The notes under the pieces: model-generated | Databases searched by the model: none | Seen by the model: only the letters and a program-made list of their open reading frames with translations | What the model was told of the DNA's origin: nothing | Made by a program: the position numbers and the translations under genes | Shown: in pieces, positions 57,924-64,000 of the stretch | How the letters are laid out: the number at the start of each line of letters is the position of its first letter | How positions within the stretch are numbered: position 1 is the stretch's first letter | IMG/VR virus record: IMGVR_UViG_3300044733_004754 | DNA: 64,000 bases | Direction: 5' to 3' (one strand) | DNA from: a virus

Positions 57924-57978
57924 TTGACCTAAGGTCTGGTCTGTTGTAATATGGCCAGACCTTAACAAGGAGATAGAG
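57924..57978 (+). promoter_or_regulatory. cassette element P3 (12-bp hairpin)
   Basis: TTGACC-17-TAATAT; TAAGGTCTGGTC/GGCCAGACCTTA. Confidence 0.88.
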
Positions 57979-58284
57979 ATGTCAGTTCAAATCAAATCTG
58001 TTATTCGTCCTACTCAACTCGTTCGCAATGTAATGTACAAACATGGAAACGCTCTTGTGTTCACTAATAAGTATCCCACCTGTAGGACTGTCAAGTGTTA
58101 TTTTGATCCCAAAGTAGGTGCAGAGGAACTCAAATCAGACATCACAACAGTTCTACAAACAGCAGGTGTACAAGAGTTCAAAATCAAAACTCTAAAGTAC
58201 ACGGATCCATTTCTCTTGGGTCGTATGTGTCACACTTTTCATTCTCTCATTGTAAGAATCCCTTTCTCGGAACAAGCTCAATAA
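57979..58284 (+). CDS. hypothetical early protein
   Basis: AAGGAG RBS; FTNKY..RTVKCY. Confidence 0.75.
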   Translation: MSVQIKSVIRPTQLVRNVMYKHGNALVFTNKYPTCRTVKCYFDPKVGAEELKSDITTVLQTAGVQEFKIKTLKYTDPFLLGRMCHTFHSLIVRIPFSEQAQ

Positions 58285-58292
58285 ACAAATAG

Positions 58293-58347
58293 TTGACCTA
58301 AGGTCTGGTCTATAGTAATATGGCCAGACCTTATCAAGGAGATAGAG
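58293..58347 (+). promoter_or_regulatory. cassette element P4 (near-identical to P3)
   Basis: 58/61 nt identical to P3. Confidence 0.88.
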
Positions 58348-58575
58348 ATGTACGTTCAAGTCTACATTCCTACTGTGATTCTCGAGATGGTTGAAGAGGC
58401 CTTTGAAGGGCTCTTTGGCCGCAGGCCAACCACAAAGGAGCTGCGGGACTTCTTCGCAGCAGACGTAGCAACACTGTACGATCAAGGCATTCACGAAGCT
58501 CCTACAAACGAGCTCGAGGACTCCCTGCACCACTTCTTCTATCACCAATTCAACACTCCTCCGGAGGCTGCATAA
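58348..58575 (+). CDS. hypothetical early protein
   Basis: AAGGAG RBS. Confidence 0.7.
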   Translation: MYVQVYIPTVILEMVEEAFEGLFGRRPTTKELRDFFAADVATLYDQGIHEAPTNELEDSLHHFFYHQFNTPPEAA

Positions 58576-58712
58576 TGAGCTGGGCACGCAAGATGGCTGA
58601 CAAGCGGAAGATCAATCGTGTATTGGTCCGCTGCAAGAATGTCCGACACAATGACAAGCGTACTAAGGTCATGGAGCGTGAGCTCCGCAAAGAAGAGCGA
58701 GGTGTAGCATGA
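58575..58712 (+). CDS. small basic protein (45 aa)
   Basis: TAATG coupling; MSWARKMADKRK... Confidence 0.55.
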   Translation: MSWARKMADKRKINRVLVRCKNVRHNDKRTKVMERELRKEERGVA

Positions 58713-58870
58713 GCCGTGCGAAAGAACTCCTGGAAGACATCAAAGAAGACATCCGTGATGGGTTCCTCTCTGACAAAGCCATCGCACGGAAGTATGATGT
58801 GCCTATTGAGTGGGTGTACATTGCGTGGGACCAGCTCTGTCAAGAAGAACATAATCGTGAGTTGACCTGA
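58709..58870 (+). CDS. small HTH protein (53 aa)
   Basis: GAGGT RBS; LSDKAIARKYDVPIEWVY; reads through P5 -35. Confidence 0.65.
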   Translation: MSRAKELLEDIKEDIRDGFLSDKAIARKYDVPIEWVYIAWDQLCQEEHNRELT

Positions 58871-58918
58871 TACCTGGTCTATAGTATGATGGCCTCACGT
58901 TAAACAAAGGAGTTAGTG
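58862..58918 (+). promoter_or_regulatory. cassette element P5
   Basis: TTGACC-17-TATGAT-GGCCTCACGTTAAACAAAGGAG. Confidence 0.88.
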
Positions 58919-59149
58919 ATGAGCCAAGCACAGTTCTTCTACGAAGTCGATCGGGAGCAAGCAGAGATAGAAGATGTCAACGCCGAGCTGCATATCCTTG
59001 CAGACGAAGTGCAGCAGGAAGTAATCGAAGAGCAGTTCCGTCGGTTCCTGCAGGAAGTATTCGGAGCTCTCTACGAGGAGATCGATCTGGGTTGTGAGTT
59101 CGACCTCATCCAGGATATGGAAGCTGGTTGGGATCTTCATAAGGCCTGA
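58916..59149 (+). CDS. highly acidic small protein
   Basis: D/E-rich 77 aa. Confidence 0.7.
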   Translation: MMSQAQFFYEVDREQAEIEDVNAELHILADEVQQEVIEEQFRRFLQEVFGALYEEIDLGCEFDLIQDMEAGWDLHKA

Positions 59150-59150
59150 G

Positions 59151-59207
59151 TTGACCAAAGGGCTGGTCTCAAGTAGGCTGGCCCTACTTTAACAGACGGA
59201 GAACGAA
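59151..59207 (+). promoter_or_regulatory. cassette element P6 (11-bp hairpin)
   Basis: TTGACC-17-TAGGCT; AGGGCTGGTCT/AGGCTGGCCCT with G-T pairs. Confidence 0.8.
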
Positions 59208-59396
59208 ATGGACAAAGATTTATTCCGCAAAGATCCCAGAGACTTTGCATTGGGTCTTGTAAACAACGGGCTTATCTCTGCAGAGAGTTTGCTCACTGCG
59301 GCACTGGTGTACATGAGCACTGATGAGGTGCGTGATATGCTGGACAGCAACGAACTCAGCCCACGCTTCTCAGAAGATGATGAAGTTGAAGTTTAA
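59208..59396 (+). CDS. hypothetical early protein
   Basis: YMSTDEVRDMLDSNEL. Confidence 0.7.
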   Translation: MDKDLFRKDPRDFALGLVNNGLISAESLLTAALVYMSTDEVRDMLDSNELSPRFSEDDEVEV

Positions 59397-59402
59397 CAGG
59401 AG

Positions 59403-59810
59403 ATGGTAATGAAAGCTGGAACGTACTACATTGGTGACCTCTGCTATGTGTTCAACATGGACGACTGGAATGATGTGTGCAACATCACGATGGATGGACG
59501 CGAGGGTGAGTTTGAGCTGCCAGATGGTCGCAAGTTCGCACTCTACAACACTGCATATGGTGACGGAGAGTACAACGACCAGTTTGGCAACAAATACCCT
59601 GTCGACTCTGGCACCATCGGATGTGTGTTGTGGAAAGACACTTCTCGCTATGAGTACATCCTTACTGATGTGGGTGCTGTTGTTGACATGAAAGAGGATT
59701 TCGATACCTGCTCGGATGGGAACGGTCTCATCAAAATTGGCAGTACGACCATCGATACTGCTGAGGAATGGCTCGATCAGTACGATGAAGAGAATGAAGA
59801 ATGGAGTTGA
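59403..59810 (+). CDS. conserved phage protein
   Basis: YYIGDLCYV, TAYGDGEY, VDSGTIG. Confidence 0.75.
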   Translation: MVMKAGTYYIGDLCYVFNMDDWNDVCNITMDGREGEFELPDGRKFALYNTAYGDGEYNDQFGNKYPVDSGTIGCVLWKDTSRYEYILTDVGAVVDMKEDFDTCSDGNGLIKIGSTTIDTAEEWLDQYDEENEEWS

Positions 59811-59867
59811 CCTGAAATCTGGTCTGTGCTATAGTGGCCTCACGTTAATCAATTAAAGGAGTTTCAA
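59807..59867 (+). promoter_or_regulatory. cassette element P7
   Basis: TTGACC-17-TATAGT; upstream TGA lies inside the -35. Confidence 0.88.
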
Positions 59868-60176
59868 ATGAACCAAGTCTTCTCAATGCTCACCCAGTCC
59901 CTCATCGATGGCAAAGATGCTGCTGCTGCAGCGGTTGCTCCTGCAAAGAAGAAAGCTGTCCGGGCTAAGCCTGCAGCGAAGAAGGATCTTGCAGAGCAGG
60001 TGGTCGAAGTAGTAAAGCTAAAGGCTCGTCCAGGTACGAAGGCTGATCTCGCCCTGGAGATCGTGCAGAAGGCTGCTAGCCGCAAAGAAGCGATCGCTGA
60101 GATCATGGATGTGTGTGGTATGACGGTGCAGGGAGCAACGACGTACTACTACAATGCAAAGAAGAAGCTGGCCTAA
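59868..60176 (+). CDS. Ala/Lys-rich protein with C-terminal HTH-like domain
   Basis: TKADLA...IAEIMDVCGMTVQGATTYYYNAKK; paralog of 57515. Confidence 0.75.
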   Translation: MNQVFSMLTQSLIDGKDAAAAAVAPAKKKAVRAKPAAKKDLAEQVVEVVKLKARPGTKADLALEIVQKAASRKEAIAEIMDVCGMTVQGATTYYYNAKKKLA

Positions 60177-60177
60177 G

Positions 60178-60235
60178 TTGACAACAAGGCTGGCCTGTTG
60201 TAGGCTGGCCTTTCATTCATCATAAGGAGTATACC
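60178..60235 (+). promoter_or_regulatory. cassette element P8 (11-bp hairpin)
   Basis: TTGACA-17-TAGGCT; AAGGCTGGCCT/AGGCTGGCCTT. Confidence 0.8.
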
Positions 60236-60538
60236 ATGTTCGCAATGCCTAACACTCGTCAAGTTCGTCAAATTATTCGTGATGCAGCCCGTGATGTCGG
60301 TGTCACGTTTGAGCGTCATTCGTGGACAGACAAAGTGGATGTTGAGAATCCGAAGCTGCGTCAGGTCTGCTTGAGTCCTCTCTATCTGGGACCTGAGCCT
60401 CACAGCAAGTATGACGAGCTGATCAACATCATCCGCAATCGTCTTGCTCAACACAACCTCCTCATCATTCAAGGGTTGTCTGATCATCTCTATGTTCGGT
60501 TCTATGGCGAGATCGCCCCTCGCAAAAAGAAGGCCTGA
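60236..60538 (+). CDS. hypothetical early protein
   Basis: AAGGAG RBS; WTDK...RQV. Confidence 0.7.
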   Translation: MFAMPNTRQVRQIIRDAARDVGVTFERHSWTDKVDVENPKLRQVCLSPLYLGPEPHSKYDELINIIRNRLAQHNLLIIQGLSDHLYVRFYGEIAPRKKKA

Positions 60539-60544
60539 CCTGAG

Positions 60545-60601
60545 TTGACCGTGAGGCTGGTCTATGGTATACTGGCCTCACGTTAAACAAAGGAGTTAGT
60601 G
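60545..60601 (+). promoter_or_regulatory. cassette element P9 (12-bp hairpin)
   Basis: TTGACC-17-TATACT; CGTGAGGCTGGT/ACTGGCCTCACG. Confidence 0.9.
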
Positions 60602-60799
60602 ATGTACATCAACCTTCAGCCGAGCAAGACCTACAAGACCCGCGAGAACGCCATCAAGGCAGCGATGACGCAGGTCTGCAGCAAGCGTGACGATCTCCGG
60701 TTCATCATCAGCATCACGGAAGACGGTCGCTTCTTCCCAGTGTTCCTCGGTGTCAATGCTCTGCCGGTGATCCACATCGGATTCTGCGTAGCAGCCTAA
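60599..60799 (+). CDS. hypothetical early protein
   Basis: KTYKTRENAIKA, DGRFFPVFLG. Confidence 0.75.
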   Translation: MMYINLQPSKTYKTRENAIKAAMTQVCSKRDDLRFIISITEDGRFFPVFLGVNALPVIHIGFCVAA

Positions 60800-60802
60800 G
60801 AG

Positions 60803-60859
60803 TTGACGAGGCCAGTGTTCTGAGGGATACTGGCCTCACTGTTAAACAAGGAGCTAATA
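60803..60859 (+). promoter_or_regulatory. cassette element P10 (13-bp hairpin)
   Basis: TTGACG-17-GATACT; GAGGCCAGTGTTC-TGAG-GGATACTGGCCTC. Confidence 0.85.
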
Positions 60860-61099
60860 ATGAGTGCAAACGAGATCAAAGTCTACGGCATGTCGGTCGA
60901 GCGCATCCAGGAAGAGTATGTCAACAGCATCACGGCTCAGTGCTGCGGCCTGGAGATGGTCGTAGCTGGCATCCTGAGCGATGTGCAAGAGGTTGTGTCG
61001 TTTGACCATGTCAGGCCCGAGCAAATCCGTCAGCAGCTGAACATCGCTAAGTACCTCCTTACGCTGCTGGCTCGGCAGCGTCGTGAGCAGGTAGCATGA
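60860..61099 (+). CDS. hypothetical early protein
   Basis: ILSDVQE...IRQQLNIAKY. Confidence 0.75.
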   Translation: MSANEIKVYGMSVERIQEEYVNSITAQCCGLEMVVAGILSDVQEVVSFDHVRPEQIRQQLNIAKYLLTLLARQRREQVA

Positions 61100-61281
61100 A
61101 GTACTCAGAGATGTCCTTCGTCGCCTTCCTGCAGGCGGCGGAGGATTACGCAGAAGCAGAGGGAGCGCTGGCGGAGTTCACGACTGCGTACCAGTACTAC
61201 AGGGTGTACTGCAGTGTAAAGGACAGCACACTGCTTGCCCTCAATGATGTGTTCGGCAGAGAATGTCCTCTCATTCATTAA
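61096..61281 (+). CDS. hypothetical protein
   Basis: ATGA overlap. Confidence 0.6.
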   Translation: MKYSEMSFVAFLQAAEDYAEAEGALAEFTTAYQYYRVYCSVKDSTLLALNDVFGRECPLIH

Positions 61282-61291
61282 GGAGTTCAAC

Positions 61292-61654
61292 ATGAGTACT
61301 CGTTCATTCATCGGCATGGCTAAGAGCAATGGCGAACTGATCGGCAACTACTGTCACTATGATGGCTATCCCGAGCACGTCGGTGTGGCGCTTGTTACGT
61401 ACTACAGCACCGCTGAGCATGCCATCGCTCTGATCGGTGGTCCGCGGATCCGCTGCATTGGGCCCGACGGCGAAGTCGAGCGCTTCAAGGACAGCGATAT
61501 TGGCACGGAGACATTTGAGAGTGTGAATGAGGTACTCAACAGCGGCTACGATTACTGCTACCTCTTCTCTAAGGAGGAGCAGCGCTGGACGTGTTTCGGT
61601 CGGGATTATGGCCCCTACGCATCCATCATCGTCTCCAAAGAGATCCCGGGTTGA
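61292..61654 (+). CDS. conserved phage protein
   Basis: AAGGAG RBS; MSTRSFIG...YCHYDGYP..VG. Confidence 0.75.
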   Translation: MSTRSFIGMAKSNGELIGNYCHYDGYPEHVGVALVTYYSTAEHAIALIGGPRIRCIGPDGEVERFKDSDIGTETFESVNEVLNSGYDYCYLFSKEEQRWTCFGRDYGPYASIIVSKEIPG

Positions 61655-61708
61655 CCTGTTACCTGGTCTAGGGGATACTCTCCCTACTGTCAAATAAAGG
61701 AGCTGATC
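61651..61708 (+). promoter_or_regulatory. cassette element P11
   Basis: TTGACC-17-GATACT; upstream TGA inside the -35. Confidence 0.8.
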
Positions 61709-61924
61709 ATGCAACAACAGAGCTGGGTGAAAGATGGCGAGCGTATCCGTGGGAACTATCATGGGAATGTTGTGGAGGGTGTTGTGCATGACAGCCGAGT
61801 AAAGTACGGCGGCATGGTACAGTACAGAGTCATGCTTGACAACACTGTTCGCCTGCCATGGCGCTCTGAGCCAGTCAGCGTAGTCTTGCTGGACGAGAGC
61901 GAAGTGCTCCCCAGCGAAGTCTGA
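61709..61924 (+). CDS. small SH3-like beta protein
   Basis: G.Y....VEGVV.DSRVKYGG.VQY.V.LD. Confidence 0.7.
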   Translation: MQQQSWVKDGERIRGNYHGNVVEGVVHDSRVKYGGMVQYRVMLDNTVRLPWRSEPVSVVLLDESEVLPSEV

Positions 61925-62110
61925 GTGCTCGCAGGGGCCCCTGCGGCCCCCTGCAGAGTCGTACTGCTCCCCTGCATACCGCCGGGGGCCCGCCTTTTTT
62001 AACGCGCAGGTACCCGTACCCGGGTTCCAGTACTTGGCCGTGTGTTCTCAAAGGGGCCCCCGCCTTGTTTTATCCGAATCTGAAAAAAGTCGTCTCAAAA
62101 AATTTTTTTG
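61918..62110. repeat. GC-rich right border with CCCCTGC motifs and palindromes
   Basis: CTCGCAGGGG 61928-37, palindrome CGCAGGGGCCCCTGCG 61930-45, GGGGCCC(CC)GCCTT twice, A6T7 tract. Confidence 0.75.
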
Positions 62111-62140
62111 GCAAAAAATCGCGAAAAGGAGCGTCTACAA

Positions 62141-62794
62141 ATGATCTGGGCTATCCGAATTACATTCTTCTTATTGGCGCCTCTTATCCTCTATTGGCAG
62201 TATAGAGACGTGCAGAATCTTTTTGCGAGTGTAGAGGCACTCTATGAGAATCAGATTGTTATCGTACAGGGACAGTTAGCGATTACATCAGATATCAAGG
62301 AGTTGCGAGCAGAAGTATTGCAGCAACCAGTGCCGTCAGTGCCATCGGCGCCTGCACCTAGTATTAAGCCTCCTTTGCAAGTGATCCGTACAGATTATCA
62401 ATTGAAGCATGACCCGCTTGACATCTTCTGTATGGCAAAGAACATATATCATGAAGCTGCACATGAGCCTGAGATCGGTCGCTATGCAGTTGCGCAGGTA
62501 ACACTTAACCGCAAAATGAATCCTAAGTATCCAAAGAAGATTTGTGATGTGATCCTGGATCCATATCAGTTTAGTTGGGCAAACGATAAGAAGATTCGCT
62601 GGACTAATCCTAAAGGTCCTGCATGGGAGGAATCCAAGCGTATTGCATATAATGTAGTAGTAGAGGGGTATAGAGTGAAAGGACTAGAGCATGGCCTCTT
62701 CTATCATGCAGATTATGTCAGTCCTAAATGGCGCGATAACAATGCTCATATCACTCAGATCGGTAGACATATCTTCTATAGCCGGGCACTTTAA
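62141..62794 (+). CDS. cell wall hydrolase (SleB/Hydrolase_2)
   Basis: N-terminal TM; CMAKNIYHEA, AVAQVTLNR, YQFSW, FYHADYV.P.W, HIFY. Confidence 0.9.
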   Translation: MIWAIRITFFLLAPLILYWQYRDVQNLFASVEALYENQIVIVQGQLAITSDIKELRAEVLQQPVPSVPSAPAPSIKPPLQVIRTDYQLKHDPLDIFCMAKNIYHEAAHEPEIGRYAVAQVTLNRKMNPKYPKKICDVILDPYQFSWANDKKIRWTNPKGPAWEESKRIAYNVVVEGYRVKGLEHGLFYHADYVSPKWRDNNAHITQIGRHIFYSRAL

Positions 62795-64000
62795 TGAGAC
62801 CAAACATACTTTGGTATTGTACAGACCAACAGCGATGGGATACGATCAGTGCTCTAGGTCAAAAACATATCACCACCCCTATGCTGGACGAACTGTGTAG
62901 GGGTGGTGTTGCATTTGAAAGAGCATATACAGTAAGCCCAACATGCACTCCTTCACGCGCTAGCTTCTTGACTGGACGCTATCCAGCCTCACATCACGTC
63001 TACCGGAATGGGAATTCATACTTCCCTGCACACGAAAAATTAGTAACACGTATCCTTGCTGACGCTGGTTATGATTGCGGCCTTGTTGGTAAACTACACC
63101 TCTCTTCTGGTCGCAATGGCGAAAGACGTGTTGACGATGGATATAGAGTATTCCATTGGAGTTTGAATACACGCACAGAATATGGAAGAGGCGCATATGG
63201 CGATTGGCTGAAGGAAAAAGGAATTGATCCTACTACCCTCTATGCATCACAGAAACAATTCTGCGCTCCGGGTGTTCCTGCTGCCCTCCACCAAACAACA
63301 TGGGCAAGCGATATGGCGATTCGCTTCATTACAGAAAAACGCAACAGCCCTTGGATGCTGTCTGTTAATCCTTTTGACCCACACGTCCCATTTGACGCTC
63401 CACCCGAATACTTAACGCGCGTAGATAAGAACTCTCTCCCTCTACCCCTGTTTAGGAAAGAAGACATTGAACGACAACAAGCATTCACTCACATTGACCA
63501 ACAAAGCAAAAAAGCAACAGACCACACACTACCACAGACAGACAATACACGCTCATGGCCACCAGAAGCATATGATGCACGTGAAGTGAAGGCTCACTAC
63601 TATGCAATGATTATGCTGATCGATGACCAACTACGACGCATTGTTGATACACTCAGAGAGACCGGCCAACTAGAAAATACTTTGATTATATTCATGAGCG
63701 ACCATGGCGACCTACTTGGCGACCACGGACTGATCCTAAAAGGATGCCGCTTCTTTGACGGACTCGTAAGAGTACCAATGATCTTCTACTGGCAAGGAGT
63801 ACTACAACAAAACCTTCGCTCACAAGCATTGGTTGAAACAATCGACATTGCACCTACCATACTTGATATAGCTGGAATCCCTATCCCATACGACATGCAA
63901 GGCAAATCGCTCCTACCACTCATGTGCGGTGAAAAGGATCCCCATACCCATAAACGATTCGTCACATGCGAATATAAGGATTCCATGGGCGGCCCACAAT
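62794..64000 (+). CDS. formylglycine-dependent sulfatase (3' truncated by window)
   Basis: MRPNIL..TDQQR, CTPSRASFLTGRY, GKLH, DPHVPF, SDHG; open to window end, absent from ORF track. Confidence 0.92.
   Translation, partial: MRPNILWYCTDQQRWDTISALGQKHITTPMLDELCRGGVAFERAYTVSPTCTPSRASFLTGRYPASHHVYRNGNSYFPAHEKLVTRILADAGYDCGLVGKLHLSSGRNGERRVDDGYRVFHWSLNTRTEYGRGAYGDWLKEKGIDPTTLYASQKQFCAPGVPAALHQTTWASDMAIRFITEKRNSPWMLSVNPFDPHVPFDAPPEYLTRVDKNSLPLPLFRKEDIERQQAFTHIDQQSKKATDHTLPQTDNTRSWPPEAYDAREVKAHYYAMIMLIDDQLRRIVDTLRETGQLENTLIIFMSDHGDLLGDHGLILKGCRFFDGLVRVPMIFYWQGVLQQNLRSQALVETIDIAPTILDIAGIPIPYDMQGKSLLPLMCGEKDPHTHKRFVTCEYKDSMGGPQ

Noticed and set aside
56720-61708. CRISPR array or integron attC array
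   Set aside because: Units are separated by whole genes (about 250-850 bp period), are degenerate promoters, and run GTT...AAC rather than the attC RYYYAAC...GTTRRRY order. No cas or integrase in the window.
1-64000. tRNA/rRNA genes or stop-codon reassignment
   Set aside because: No cloverleaf recognised by eye (tRNAscan not run); core genes are full length and end in TAA, TGA or TAG.
62794-64000. Host contamination or chimeric join at the sulfatase
   Set aside because: TAATG coupling matches the phage's gene packing, so it is provisionally kept as phage; cannot be excluded without reads.

Overview
A 64-kb segment of a large T4-like (myovirus) dsDNA phage genome; a DUF3563-like ORF hints at a betaproteobacterial host (inference). 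It carries the T4-type replication module (gp45, gp44, gp62, regA, gp43, uvsX, gp41, gp61, rnh), nucleotide metabolism (dCMP deaminase, thyX, nrdA, nrdB), host-like genes (hsp20, dps, pstS, phoH, yhhQ-like transporter, a CxPxR sulfatase running off the right edge), a lysis cassette, putative head-internal proteins, and many tailoring enzymes (glycosyl- and methyltransferases, two B12-radical SAM proteins, four 2OG-Fe(II) oxygenases, a QueC-like protein). The most unusual part is 55.9-62.1 kb. A repeat-dense non-coding block (three short dyads, five 21-bp dyads, 12 x CCCCTGCGAG) is followed by a GC-richer island of about 18 small genes split into cassettes by 11 related promoter/hairpin/RBS elements. 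CCCCTGC motifs bracket the island, and the flanking DNA shows strong strand-composition shifts. No tRNA, rRNA or CRISPR was recognised. All family assignments come from motif recognition by eye, not database searches.
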